Assembly: GCF_009914755.1 (NCBI RefSeq)
Contig: NC_060938.1
Source of the DNA: the human T2T-CHM13v2.0 reference genome, Homo sapiens
Length of the DNA stretch: 64,000 bases
Reading direction: 5' to 3' (one strand)
A model generated the notes under the pieces. It searched no databases, was not told the DNA's origin, and was given only the letters and a program-made list of their open reading frames with translations. Below are positions 37,676-52,571 of the stretch, piece after piece. A program made the translations under genes and the position numbers. The first letter of the stretch is position 1. Each line of letters begins with the position of its first letter.

Positions 37676-40600
37676 AATGGAGTGGAGTGGAGTGCAGTGA
37701 AGTGGAGTGCAGGGGAGTGGAATGGAGTGGAAAGGAGTGGAATGGAATGGAGTGGAGAGGAATGGAAAGAAATGGAATGTAACGGAATATAATGGAACGG
37801 AATGGATTGGAACGGAATGGAACAGAGAGGAGTGGAGAAGAGTGGAGTTGAGTGGAGTGGATAGGAGTGCAGTGGAATGGAAGGGAAAGGAATGGAATGG
37901 AATGGAATGGAATGGAATGGAATGGAATGGAATGGAATGTAGTGCAGTGCAGTTGAATTGAGTGGATTGGAGTGCAGTGGAATGGAATGGAGTGGAGTCT
38001 AGTGGATTGGAGTGGAATGGAATGGAGTGGAGTGTGGTGGAATGGAATGGAACAGAATGGAAAGGAATGGAAAGGAATTGAATGGTGAAACGAAATGTCA
38101 GCTAAGATTATGCCACTGAACTCCTATATGGGTGACAGAGTGAGATGCAGTCAAAATAAAGGAATGGAATGGAATGGAGTAGAATGGAATTGAATGTAAT
38201 GGAGTGGAATGGAATGGAGTGGAATGGAGTGGATTGGATTGGAAAGGAGTGGAGTGTAATGGAGTGGAATGGAATGGAGTGGAATGGAGAGGAATGGAAT
38301 GGAGTGGAATGGAATAGAGTGGAATGGAGTGTATTGGAGTGGAGTGTAATCGAGTGGAGTGGAATGGAGTGGAATGGAATGAAATGGACTGCAATGGAAT
38401 GCAGTGGAATGGAATGGAATTGAATGGAGTGGAATGCAATGGAATGGAAAGGAGTGGAGTGGAGTGGAATGGAATGGAGGGGAATGGAATGGAGTGGAAT
38501 GGAATGGAATGGAGTGGAATGGAACGGAGTGGCGTGGAGTGGAGTGGCGTGGAATGGAGTGGAATTGAGTGAAATGGAGTGGAGTGAAGTGGAATGGAGT
38601 GGAGTAGAATGGAGTGGAGTGGAGTGGAATGGAGTGGGGTGAAATGGAATGCAATGGAGTGGAATGGAGTGGAATGAATTGGAATGGAATGGAATGGAAT
38701 GGAATGAAGTGGAATTGAATGGAGTGGAATGGAATTTAGTGGAGTGTAGCAATGTGGAGTGCAGTGTAGAGGAGTGGAGTGAAGTGGAGTGGAATGGAGA
38801 GCAATGGAGTGAAACGGATTGGAATTGATTGGAGTGCATGAGAATGGAATGAAGTGGAACATAACAGAATGGAACAGAAAGTAACGGAATGGAAAGGAGT
38901 GTAGTGGAGTGTAGTGGAGTTGAGTAGAGTGGTTCGGAGTGCAATCAAATGGAATGGAATAGAATGGAAAGGATTTTAGTGGAGTGGAGTGGAGTGAAAT
39001 GGAATGAAGGGGAGTGGAATGGAATTAAATTTAACAGAATTCAATGGAATATAACGAAATGGATAGGATCAGAACGGAACAGAGCGGAGTGGAGTTGAGT
39101 GGAGTGGATCGGAGTGCAGTGGAAAGGAATGGAATAGAATGGAATGGAATGCAGTGGAGTGGAATGGAATGAAGTGGAATGGAGTTGAGTGGAGTGGATA
39201 GGAGTGCAGTGGAAAGGAATGGAAGAGAATGGAATGGAATGGAATGCAGTGGACTGGAATGGAATGGAGTGGAGTGGAGTGCAGTGGAATCGAGTGGAGT
39301 GGAGTGGAATGGACTGGAATGGAATGGATTGGAGTGGAGTGCAGTGGAATCGAGTGGAGTGGAGTGGAATGGAGTAGAATGGAATGGAGTGGAGTGTAGT
39401 GGAATGGAATGGAATGGTGAAATGAAATGTCAGCTAAGATTGTGCAACTGCATTCCAGTCTGGGTGACAAAGTGAGATCCAGTCGAAGTAAAGGAATGGA
39501 ATGGAATAGAGTAAAATGGAATGGAATGGTGTGGAGTGGAATGGAATGGAGAGGAATGGAGTGGAGTGGAGTGGAGTGGAGTGGAATGGAGTGGAGTGGA
39601 ATGGAGAGTGATGGAGAGGAATGGAATGGAATGGAATGGAATGGAGTGGAATGGAATGGAATGGAGTGGAATGGAATGGAATGTAGAGGAGTGGAGTGGA
39701 TTGGAGTGGAGTGGAATGGAGTGGAATAGAGTGAAATTTAGTGGAGTGTAATGGAGTGGAGTGGAGTGCAGTTGAGTGGCATGGATCAGTGTGCAGTGGA
39801 ATGGAATGGAATGGAGTGGAGTGGAGTGGAGTGGAATCAAATGGAATGGCATGGAGTGGAGTGGAATGGAGTGGATTGGAATTGAATGCAGTGGAATGGA
39901 ATGCAATGGAGTGGAGTGGAGTGCAGTGGAGTGGAGTGGAGTGGAATGGAATGGAGTGGAGTAAAATGGTTTGGAATGGAGTGGGGTGGAATGGAGTGGG
40001 TTGGAATGGAGTGGAGTGGAGTAGAACGGAGTGGATTGGGGTGGAATGGAATAGAGTGGAATGGAATGGAGTGGAGTGGAGTAGAACGGAGTGGATTGGA
40101 GTGGAATGGAATACAGTAGAGTGGAATGCAGTGGAGTGGAATGGAATGGAGTGGAGTGGCATGGAAAGGAATGGAGAGGAATGGAATGGAATGGAATGGA
40201 ATGGAATGGAATGGAACGGTGAAATAAAATGTGAGTTAAGATTGTGCCACTGCATTGCAGTCTGGGGGACAGAGTGAGATACAGTCGAAATAAAGGAATG
40301 GAAGGGACTGGAGTAGAATGGAATGGAATTGAGTGGAGTGGAATGGAATGAAGTGGAGAGGAATGGAATGGAGTGGAATGCAATGGAGGGGAATTCAATG
40401 GAGTGAAATGGAATGGAATATAAGGGAAAAAAGAGGATTGAAATGGAATAGAGCGAAGTGGAATGTAATGGAGTGGAGTGGAGTGGAATGGAGTGGAATG
40501 GAGTGGAAATTAATGGAGTGGAGTGCAATGGAGTGCACTGGAGTTGTACGGAATGGAGTGGAGTGGAATGGAATGGAGTGGAGTGGAGTGGAGCGTAGGG

Positions 40601-43600
40601 TAGTGGAGTGGAGTGGAATGGAAAGGAATGGAGTGTTGTGGAATGGGGTGTAGTGGACTTTAGAGGAATGGAATGTGAAATGAAATGTGAGTTAAGATTG
40701 TGACATTGCACTCCATTCTGGGTGACAGAGTGAGATCCAGTCGAAATAAAGGAATGGAACGGAATGGAGAAAAATGGAATGGAATGGAGTGGAGAGGAAT
40801 GGAATGGAGTGGAATGGAGTGGTGTGGAGTGGAATGCAGTGGAGTGGAATGGAGTAGAGCAGAATGGAGTGGAGTGGAATGGAATGATATGGAATGGAAT
40901 GGAGTGGAATGGAGTGAAGTGGAGTGAAATGCAGTTTAGTGTAATGGAGTGGAGTAGAATGGAGTGGAATGGAGTGGAATGGAATGGAATGGAAAAGAGC
41001 GGAATGGATAGGAGTGGAATGGAGTGGAGTGTATTGGAATGGAGTGGAATGGAACAGAAAGGGATGGAACGGAAAGGAACAAAATGGAACAGAGTGAAAC
41101 TGAGTGGAGTGGAATAGCGTGCAGTGGATTGGAGTGCAGTGAAATGGAATGGAATGGAATGGATAGGAGTGTAGTGGAGTATAGTGGAGTGGAATGGAGT
41201 GGAAAGAAATGGAGTGGAGTTGAGTGGAATGGAATGGAATGGAAAGAATGGGAACGGAGTGGAGTGCAGTGGAGTGTAGGGGAGTGGACTTGAGCAGAGT
41301 GGATCAGAGTGCAGTGGAATGAAATGCAACGCAATGGAATGGAATGGAATGGAATGGTGAAATAAAATGTGAGCAAAGATTGAGCCACTGCACTCCAGTC
41401 TGGGTGACAGAGTGAGTTCCAGTCGAAATAAAAGAATGGAACGGAATGGAGGAGAATGGAATGGAATGGAGTGGAGTTGAATGGAATGGAGTGAAATGGA
41501 GTGTAGTGGAGTGGAATGGAGTGTTGTGGAAAGGAGTGGAGTGGAATGGAGTGGAATGGAATGGAATGGAATAGAGAGGAATGGAATGGAATAGAATGGA
41601 ATGGAGTGGAGTGGAACCCAGTACGGTGCAAAGGAGGGGAACGGAGTGAAATGGAATGGAATGGAATGGAGTGGAATCGAATGGAATGGAGTGGAATGGA
41701 ATGCAATGGAGTGGAGTGGAGTAGAATGGAGTGAAATGGAATGGAATGGAATGCAGTGGAATTGAATGCAGAGGAATGGAGTGGAGTGGAGTGGAATGGA
41801 GTGGAGTGGAGAGGAATGGAATGCTGTGGAGTGGAGTGCAGTGGAATGGGGTGGATTGGAATTTAATGGAGTGGAATGGAGTGAAATGGAGTGGAGTGGA
41901 ATGGAATGGAATGGAGTAAAGTTGAATGGAACAGAGTGAAGTGGAGGGGAGTGGAGTGGAGTGGAGTGGAATGGAGTGGAGTGGAATGGAGTGGGGTGGA
42001 ATGGAGTGGAGTGGAATGGAATGGAATGGAATGGAATGGAATGGAATGGAATGGAATAGTGAAATGAAATGTGAGCTAAGATTCTGCAACTGCACTACAG
42101 TCTGGGTGACAAAGTTTGATCCAGTCAAAATAAAGGAATGGAAAGGTATGGAGTAAAATGAAATGGAATGGGTTGGAGTGAAATGGAATGGAGTGGAATG
42201 GAGTGGAGTGGAGTGGAATGGAGTGAAATGGAGTGGAGTGGAATGGAGTGGAGTGGAGTTTAATGGAATGGAATGCAGTGGAAAGGGAGGGAATGGAGTG
42301 GAGTGTAATGGAGTGGAATGCAGTGGAGTGCAATGGAATGGAGTGGAATGTTGTGAAATGGAGTGGAGTGGAATTGAATGGATTGGAATGGAATGGAACA
42401 GAATGGAAGAGAATGGAAAGGAGTGGGGTGGAGTGGAGTGGAGTTCATTGGAGTGGATCGGAGTGCACTTGAATTGAATGGAATGAAATGGACTGGAATG
42501 GAGTGTAGTGAGTGGAGAGGAGTTTGGTGGAATTGAGTGGAATTGACTGGAGTTGTGAGGAGTTGTGTGGAGTGGAGTGGAATGGAGTGGAATGGAAGGG
42601 AGTGGAGTGGAATGGAATGGAATGGAACGGTATGGAATTGAATGGAAGAGAATGGAGTGGAACAGAAGAGAATGGGGTGGAGTGGAGTGGAGTTGAGAGG
42701 AGTGGGTCACAGTGCAGTGGAATGGAATGGAATTTGATGGATTGGAATGGAATGTAGTGGAGAGGAATGGAATGGAATAGAATGGAGTGGAGTGGAATGA
42801 AATGGAGTGGAGTGTAGGGGAGTGGAACGGAGTGGTGTGGAATGGAGGGGAATGGAGGGGAATGGAATGGAATGGAGTGGACTGGAAAGGAATGGATTGG
42901 AATGGAATGGAGTAAAGTGTATTGGAGAGGAGTCGAGTAAAATGGAGTGGAATGGAGGGAAATGGAGTGGAGTGATATGGAGGGGAGAGGAATGGAATGG
43001 AGTGGAATGGAATGAAACAGAATGGAACGGAATGGAACGGAGTGGAGTGGAGTGGAATGGAGGGGAGTTGAGTGGAGTGAAACCGAGTGCAGTGGAATAG
43101 AATGGAATGGAAAGGAATGGAGTGGAGTGAAGTAGAGTGCAGTGGAGTGGTGGGTATTTGAGTGCAATGGTGTGAAATGGAATGGAGTGGAGTGGAGTGG
43201 AATGAAATGGAATGTAACGGAATGGAATGGAATGAAATGAAATGAAATGGAATGGAAAAGAATGGAACGGAGTGGAGTGGAGAGGAGTTGAGTGGAGTGG
43301 ATCGGAGTGCAGTGGAATGGAATGGAATGCAACTGGATGGAAAGGAATGGGGTGGAGTGGAATGGAATGGAAGGGAGTAGAGTGGAATAGAATGGAATGG
43401 AGTGAAGTGGAATGGAATGGAGTGGAGTAGAATGGAATGCAGTGGAATGGAATGGAATGGAAGGGAATGGTGAAATGAAATGTGAGCTAAAATTGTGCCA
43501 CTGCACTCCTTTCTCGGTGACAGAGGGAGATTCATTTGAAATAAAGGGCTGGAATGCAATGGAGTAGAATCGGAAGGAAAGGAGTGGAGTGGAATGGCAT

Positions 43601-45145
43601 GGAGTGGAATGAAGTGGAGTGGAGTGGAATGGAGTGGAGTGGAATGGAGAGGAGTGGAATGGAGAGCAATGGAGTGGAATGGAATGGAATGGAGTGGAAT
43701 GGAATGGAATGGAATGGAGTGGAATGGAATGGAATGGAATGGAGTGGAGTGGAATGGAGTGGAATGGAGTGGAGTGGAGATGAGTGGAGTAGAATGGAGT
43801 GGAGTGCAATGGAGGGGTACGGAGAGCAATGGAATGGAATGTAATGGAGTAAAATGGAATGGAATGGAGTGGAATGAAATTGAGTGGAGCAGAGTGGAGT
43901 GGAGTGGAGTGAAGTGGATTGGAGTGGAATGGAGTGGAATGGACTGTAATGGAATGGAGAGAATTGGAATGAAATGGAACGGAATGGAATTGAATGTAAC
44001 GGAATGGAAAGAAACAGAAAGGAACTGAGTGGAGTGGACTGGAATGCAGTGGAGTTGAGTGGAGTGGTTCATAGTGGAGTGCAGTGGAATGGAATGGAAT
44101 GGAATGGATTGGAATGGAATGGAGTGTAGTGGAGTGGTGTGGAGTAGAATGGAATGGAATGGAATGGAATGGAGTGTAGTGGAGTGGAATGGTGTGGAGT
44201 GGAGTGGAGTGGAATGGTGTGGAGTGTAATAGAATGGAGTGTAGTGGAGTGATGTGGACTGCAATGGAATGAAGGGGATTGGAATGGAATGGACTGAAAC
44301 GGAATGGAATCGAATCGAATGGAATGGAAAGAAACAGAAAGGAACTGAGTGGAGTGGACAGCAATGAAGTGGAGTTAAGTGGAGTGGTTCAGAGTGGAGT
44401 GGAATGGAATGGAATGGAATGTAAAGGAACGGAATGGAAAGAAACAACAGAACTAAGTGGAGTGGAGTGGAATGCAGTGAAGTTGAGTGGAGTGGTTCAG
44501 AGTGGAGTGGAATGGAATGGAATGGAATGGATTGCAATGGAATGGAGTGGAGTGGAATAGAATGGAGTGGAGTGGTGTGGGGTAGAGTGGAAAGGGATGG
44601 AATGGAATGGAATGTAGTGTAGTGGAGTAGAATGGATTGTAGTGGAGTGGTGTGTAATGGTTTGGAGTGGAATGGAATAAAGTGTAGTGTAGTGGAGTGG
44701 AGTGTAATGGAGTGGAATGGATTGGAATGGAATGGAAATGAATGGAGTGGACTGGAATGTAATGGAGCAGAATGGAATTGAATGGAGTGTACTGGAGTGG
44801 AGTCGAGTGGACTGTAATGGAATGGAAATGAGAGAAATGTAGTGGAGTGGTATGGATTGTAGTGGAATAGAAAGGAGTGGAATGGAATGGAATGGAACGG
44901 AATGCAACGGAATTGAATGGAATGGAGTGGAGTGGAATGGATTAGAGTGGAGCTGAGTGGAGTGGATTGTAGTGCAGTGGAATGGAATGGAATGGAAAAG
45001 AGTGGTGTGGGATACAGTGGAGTGGAATGGAGTGGAGTAGAGTGGAGTGGAATGAATTGGAATGGAATGGAGTGGAGTGGAGTGGAATGGAATGGAATGG
45101 AACGGTATGGAATGGAATGGAACGCAAAGGTATGGAAAGGAATGG
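37676..45145 (+). repeat. HOR copy 3 (~7.47 kb)
   Basis: Islands at A 38085, B 39417, C 40219, D 40675, E 41357, F 42059, G 43470. Confidence 0.9.
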
Positions 45146-48100
45146 AATGGAGTGGAGTGGAGTGCAGTGAAGTGGAGTGCAGGGGAGTGGAATGGAGTGG
45201 AAAGGAGTGAAATGGAAAGGACTGGAGTGGAATGGAAAGAAATGGAATGTAACGGAATATAATGGAACGGAATGGATTGGAACGGAATGGAACAGAGAGG
45301 AGTGGAGAAGAGTGGAGTTGAGTGGAGTGGATAGGAGTGCAGTGGAATGGAATGGAAAGGAATGGAATGGAATGGAATGGATTGGAATGGAATGTATTGC
45401 AGTGCAGTTGAATTGAGTGGATTGGAGTGCAGTGGAATGGAATGGAGTGGAGTCTAGTGGATTGGAGTGGAATGGAATGGCGTGGAGTGTGGTGGAATGG
45501 AATGGAACAGAATGGAAAGGAATGGAAAGGAATTGAATGGTGAAACGAAATGTCAGCTAAGATTATGCCACTGAACTCCTATATGGGTGACAGAGTGAGA
45601 TGCAGTCAAAATAAAGGAATGGAATGGAATGGAGTAGAATGGAATTGAATGTAATGGAGTGGAATGGAATGGAGTGGAATGGAGTGGATTGGATTGGAAA
45701 GGAGTGGAGTGTAATGGAGTGGAATGGAATGGAGTGGAACGGAGAGGAATGGAATGGAGTGGAATGGAATAGAGTGGAATGGAGTATATTGGAGTGGAGT
45801 GTAATCGAGTGGAGTGGAATGGAGTGGAATGGAGTGAAATGGACTGCAATGGAATGCAGTGGAATGGAATGGAGTAGAATGGAATGGAATTGAATGGAGT
45901 GGAATGCAATGGAATGGAAAGGAGTGGAGTGGAGTGGAATGGAATGGAGGGGAATGGAATGGAGTGGAATGGAATGGAATGGAGTGGAATGGAACGGAGT
46001 GGCGTGGAGTTGAGTGGCGTGGAATGGAGTGGAGTGAATTGGAATGGAGTGGAGTAGAATGGAGTGGAGTGGAGTGGAATGGAGTGGGGTGAAATGGAAT
46101 GCAATGGAGTGGAGTGGAATGGAATGAATTGGAATGGAATAGAATGGAATGGAATGAAGTGGAATTGAATGGAGTGGAATGGAATTTAGTGGATTGTAGC
46201 AATGTGGAGTGCAGTGTAGAGGAGTGGAGTGAAGTGGAGTGGAATGGAGAGCAATGGAGTGAAACGGATTGGAATTGATTGGAGTGCATGAGAATGGAAT
46301 GAAGTGGAATATAACAGAATGGAACAGAAAGTAACGGAATGGAAAGGAGTGTATTGGAGTGTAGTGGAGTTGAGTAGAGTGGTTCGGAGTGCAATCAAAT
46401 GGAATGGAATAGAATGGAAAGGATTTTAATGGAGTGGAGTGGAGTGGAATGGAATGAAGGGGAGTGGAATGGAATTAAATTTAACAGAATTCAATGGAAT
46501 ATAACGAAATGGATAGGATCAGAACGGAACAGAGCGGAGTGGAGTTGAGTGGAGTGGATCGGAGTGCAGTGGAAAGGAATGGAATAGAATGGAATGGAAT
46601 GCAGTGGAGTGGAATGGAATGGAGTGGAATGGAGTTGAGTGGAGTGGATCGGAGTGCAGTGGAAAGGAATGGAAGAGAATGGAATGGAATGGAATGCAGT
46701 GGACTGGAATGGAATGGAGTGGAGTGGAGTGCAGTGGAATCGAGTGGAGTGGAGTGGAATGGAGTAGAATGGAATGGAGTGGAGTGTAGTGGAATGGAAT
46801 GGAATGGTGAAATGAAATGTCAGCTAAGATTGTGCAACTGCATTCCAGTCTGGGTGACAAAGTGAGATCCAGTCGAAGTAAAGGAATGGAATGGAATAGA
46901 GTAAAATGGAATGGAATGGTGTGGAGTGGAATGGAATGGAGAGGAATGGAGTGGAGTGGAGTGGAATGGAGTGGAGTGGAATGCAGAGTGATGGAGAGGA
47001 ATGGAATGGAATGGAATGGAATGGAATGGAATGGAATGGAATGGAGTGGAATGGAATGGAATGGAGTGGAATGGAATGGACTGTAGAGGAGTGGAGTGGA
47101 TTGGAGTGGAGTGGAATGGAGTGGAATAGAGTGAAATTTAGTGGAGTGTAATGGAGTGGAGTGGAGTGCAGTTGAGTGGCATGGATCAGTGTGCAGTGGA
47201 ATGGAATGGAATGGAGTGGAGTGGAGTGGAGTGGAATCGAATGGAATGGCATGGAGTGGAGTGGAATGGAGTGGATTGGAATTGAATGCAGTGGAATGGA
47301 ATGCAATGGAGTGGAGTGGAGTGCAGTGGAGTGGAGTGGAGTGGAATGGAATGGAGTGGAGTAAAATGGTTTGGAATAGAGTGGGGTGGAATGGAGTGGG
47401 TTGGAATGGAGTGGAGTGGAGTAGAACGGAGTGGATTGGGGTGGAATGGAATAGAGTGGAATGGAATGGAGTGGAGTGGAGTAGAACGGAGTGGATTGGA
47501 GTGGAATGGAATACAGTAGAGTGGAATGCAGTGGAGTGGAATGGAATGGAGTGGAGGGGCATGGAAAGGAATGGAGAGGAATGGAATAGAATGGAATGGA
47601 ATGGAATGGAATGGAACGGAACGGTAAAATAAAATGTGAGTTAAGATTGTGCCACTGCATTGCAGTCTGGGGGACAGAGTGAGATACAGTCGAAATAAAG
47701 GAATGGAAGGGACTGGAGTAGAATGGAATGGAATTGAGTGGAGTGGAATGGAATGAAGTGGAGAGGAATGGAATGGAGTGGAATGCAATGGAGGGGAATT
47801 CAATGGAGTGAAATGGAATGGAATATAAGGGAAAAAAGAGGATTGAAATGGAATAGAGCGAAGTGGAATGTAATGGAGTGGAGTGGAGTGGAATGGAGTG
47901 GAATGGAGTGGAAATTAATGGAGTGGAGTGCAATGGAGTGCACTGGAGTTGTACGGAATGGAGTGGAGTGGAATGGAATGGAGTGGAGTGGAGTGGAGCG
48001 TAGGGTAGTGGAGTGGAGTGGAATGGAAAGGAATGGAGTGTTGTGGAATGGGGTGTAGTGGACTTTAGAGGAATGGAATGGTGAAATGAAATGTGAGTTA

Positions 48101-51100
48101 AGATTGTGACATTGCACTCCATTCTGGGTGACAGAGTGAGATCCAGTCGAAATAAAGGAATGGAACGGAATGGAGAAAAATGGAATGGAATGGAGTGGAG
48201 AGGAATGGAATGGAGTGGAATGGAGTGGTGTGGAGTGGAATGCAGTGGAGTGGAATGGAGTAGAGCAGAATGGAGTGGAGTGGAATGGAATGATATGGAA
48301 TGGAATGGAGTGGAATGGAGTGAAGTGGAGTGAAATGCAGTTTAGTGTAATGGAGTGGAGTAGAATGGAGTGGAATGGAGTGGAATGGAATGGAATGGAA
48401 AAGAGCGGAATGGATAGGAGTGGAATGGAGTGGAGTGTATTGGAATGGAGTGGAATGGAACAGAAAGGGATGGAACGGAAAGGAACAAAATGGAACAGAG
48501 TGAAACTGAGTGGAGTGGAATAGCGTGCAGTGGATTGGAGTGCAGTGAAATGGAATGGAATGGAATGGATAGGAGTGTAGTGGAGTATAGTGGAGTGGAA
48601 TGGAGTGGAAAGAAATGGAGTGGAGTTGAGTGGAATGGAATGGAATGGAAAGAATGGGAACGGAGTGGAGTGCAGTGGAGTGTAGGGGAGTGGACTTGAG
48701 CAGAGTGGATCAGAGTGCAGTGGAATGAAATGCAACGCAATGGAATGGAATGGAATGGAATGGTGAAATAAAATGTGAGCAAAGATTGAGCCACTGCACT
48801 CCAGTCTGGGTGACAGAGTGAGTTCCAGTCGAAATAAAAGAATGGAACGGAATGGAGGAGAATGGAATGGAATGGAGTGGAGTTGAATGGAATGGAGTGA
48901 AATGGAGTGTAGTGGAGTGGAATGGAGTGTTGTGGAAAGGAGTGGAGTGGAATGGAGTGGAATGGAATGGAATGGAATAGAGAGGAATGGAATGGAATAG
49001 AATGGAATGGAGTGGAGTGGAACCCAGTACGGTGCAAAGGAGGGGAATGGAGTGAAATGGAATGGAATGGAATGGAGTGGAATCGAATGGAATGGAGTGG
49101 AATGGAATGCAATGGAGTGGAGTGGAGTAGAATGGAGTGAAATGGAATGGAATGGAATGCAGTGGAATTGAATGCAGAGGAATGGAGTGGAGTGGAGTGG
49201 AATGGAGTGGAGTGGAGAGGAATGGAATGCTGTGGAGTGGAGTGCAGTGGAATGGGGTGGATTGGAATTTAATGGAGTGGAATGGAGTGAAATGGAGTGG
49301 AGTGGAATGGAATGGAATGGAGTAAAGTTGAATGGAACAGAGTGAAGTGGAGGGGAGTGGAGTGGAGTGGAGTGGAATGGAGTGGAGTGGAATGGAGTGG
49401 GGTGGAATGGAGTGGAGTGGAATGGAATGGAATGGAATGGAATGGAATGGAATGGAATGGAATAGTGAAATGAAATGTGAGCTAAGATTCTGCAACTGCA
49501 CTACAGTCTGGGTGACAAAGTTTGATCCAGTCAAAATAAAGGAATGGAAAGGTATGGAGTAAAATGAAATGGAATGGGTTGGAGTGAAATGGAATGGAGT
49601 GGAATGGAGTGGAGTGGAGTGGAATGGAGTGAAATGGAGTGGAGTGGAATGGAGTGGAGTGGAGTTTAATGGAATGGAATGCAGTGGAAAGGGAGGGAAT
49701 GGAGTGGAGTGTAATGGAGTGGAATGCAGTGGAGTGCAATGGAATGGAGTGGAATGTTGTGAAATGGAGTGGAGTGGAATTGAATGGATTGGAATGGAAT
49801 GGAACAGAATGGAAGAGAATGGAAAGGAGTGGGGTGGAGTGGAGTGGAGTTCATTGGAGTGGATCGGAGTGCACTTGAATTGAATGGAATGAAATGGACT
49901 GGAATGGAGTGTAGTGAGTGGAGAGGAGTTTGGTGGAATTGAGTGGAATTGACTGGAGTTGTGAGGAGTTGTGTGGAGTGGAGTGGAATGGAGTGGAATG
50001 GAAGGGAGTGGAGTGGAATGGAATGGAATGGAACGGTATGGAATTGAATGGAAGAGAATGGAGTGGAACAGAAGAGAATGGGGTGGAGTGGAGTGGAGTT
50101 GAGAGGAGTGGGTCACAGTGCAGTGGAATGGAATGGAATTTGATGGATTGGAATGGAATGTAGTGGAGAGGAATGGAATGGAATAGAATGGAGTGGAGTG
50201 GAATGAAATGGAGTGGAGTGGAGTGGAGTGTAGGGGAGTGGAACGGAGTGGTGTGGAATGGAGGGGAATGGAGGGGAATGGAATGGAATGGAGTGGACTG
50301 GAAAGGAATGGATTGGAATGGAATGGAGTAAAGTGTATTGGAGAGGAGTCGAGTAAAATGGAGTGGAATGGAGGGAAATGGAGTGGAGTGATATGGAGGG
50401 GAGAGGAATGGAATGGAGTGGAATGGAATGAAACAGAATGGAACGGAATGGAACGGAGTGGAGTGGAGTGGAATGGAGGGGAGTTGAGTGGAGTGAAACC
50501 GAGTGCAGTGGAATAGAATGGAATGGAAAGGAATGGAGTGGAGTGAAGTAGAGTGCAGTGGAGTGGTGGGGAGTTGAGTGCAATGGTGTGAAATGGAATG
50601 GAGTGGAGTGGAGTGGAATGAAATGGAATGTAACGGAATGGAATGGAATGAAATGAAATGAAATGGAATGGAAAAGAATGGAACGGAGTGGAGTGGAGTG
50701 GAGAGGAGTTGAGTGGAGTGGATCGGAGTGCAGTGGAATGGAATGGAATGCAACTGGATGGAAAGGAATGGGGTGGAGTGGAATGGAATGGAAGGGAGTA
50801 GAGTGGAATAGAATGGAATGGAGTGAAGTGGAATGGAATGGAGTGGAGTAGAATGGAATGCAGTGGAATGGAATGGAATGGAAGGGAATGGTGAAATGAA
50901 ATGTGAGCTAAAATTGTGCCACTGCACTCCTTTCTCGGTGACAGAGGGAGATTCATTTGAAATAAAGGGCTGGAATGCAATGGAGTAGAATCGGAAGGAA
51001 AGGAGTGGAGTGGAATGGCATGGAGTGGAATGAAGTGGAGTGGAGTGGAATTGAGTGGAGTGGAATGGAGAGGAGTGGAATGGAGAGCAATGGAGTGGAA

Positions 51101-52571
51101 TGGAATGGAATAGAATGGAGTGGAATGGAATGGAATGGAGTGGAATGGAATGGAATGGAATGGAGTGGAATGGAATGGATTGGAATGGAGTGGAGTGGAG
51201 ATGAGTGGAGTAGAATGGAGTGGAGTGCAATGGAGGGGTACGGAGAGCAATGGAATGGAATGTAATGGAGTGAAATGGAATGGAATGGAGTGGAATGAAA
51301 TTGAGTGGAGCAGAGTGGAGTGGAGTGGAGTGAAGTGGATTGGAGTGGAATGGAGTGGAATGGACTGTAATGGAATGGAGAGAATTGGAATGAAATGGAA
51401 CGGAATGGAATTGAATGTAACGGAATGGAAAGAAACAGAAAGGAACTGAGTGGAGTGGACTGGAATGCAGTGGAGTTGAGTGGAGTGGTTCATAGTGGAG
51501 TGCAGTGGAATGGAATGGAATGGAATGGATTGGAATGGAATGGAGTGTAGTGGAGTGGTGTGGAGTAGAGTGGAATGGAATGGAATGGAATGGAATGGAA
51601 TGGAGTGTAGTGGAGTGGAATGGTGTGGAGTGGAGTGGAGTGGAATGGTGTGGAGTGGAATAGAATGGAGTGTAGTGGAGTGATGTGGACTGCAATGGAA
51701 TGAAGGGGATTGGAATGGAATGGAATGAAACGGAATGGAATGGAATCGAATGGAATGGAAAGAAACAGAAAGGAACTGAGTGGAGTGGACAGCGATGAAG
51801 TGGAGTTAAGTGGAGTGGTTCAGAGTGGAGTGGAATGGAATGGAATGGAATGTAAAGGAACGGAATGGAAAGAAACAACAGAACTAAGTGGAGTGGAGTG
51901 GAATGCAGTGGAGTTGAGTGGAGTGGTTCAGAGTGGAGTGGAATGGAATGGAATGGAATGGATTGCAATGGAATGGAGTGGAGTGGAATGGAATGGAGTG
52001 GAGTGGTGTGGGGTAGAGTGGAAAGGGATGGAATGGAATGGAATGGAGTGTAGTGGAGTAGAATGGATTGTAGTGGAGTGGTGTGTAATGGTTTGGAGTG
52101 GAATGGAATGAAGTGTAGTGTAGTGGAGTGGAGTGTAATGGAGTGGAATGGATTGGAATGGAATGGAAATGAATGGAGTGGACTGGAATGTAATGGAGCA
52201 GAATGGAATTGAATGGAGTGTACTGGAGTGGAGTCGAGTGGACTGTAATGGAATGGAAATGAGAGAAATGTAGTGGAGTGGTGTGGATTGTAGTGGAATA
52301 GAAAGGAGTGGAATGGAATGGAATGGAACGGAATGCAACGGAATTGAATGGAATGGAGTGGAGTGGAATGGATTAGAGTGGAGCTGAGTGGAGTGGATTG
52401 TAGTGCAGTGGAATGGAATGGAATGGAAAAGAGTGGTGTGGGATACAGTGGAGTGGAATGGAGTGGAGTAGAGTGGAGTGGAATGAATTGGAATGGAATG
52501 GAGTGGAGTGGAATGGAATGGAATGGAACGGTATGGAATGGAATGGAACGCAAAGGTATGGAAAGGAATGG
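45146..52571 (+). repeat. HOR copy 4 (~7.43 kb)
   Basis: Islands at A 45540, B 46807, C 47624, D 48081, E 48763, F 49465, G 50891. Confidence 0.9.
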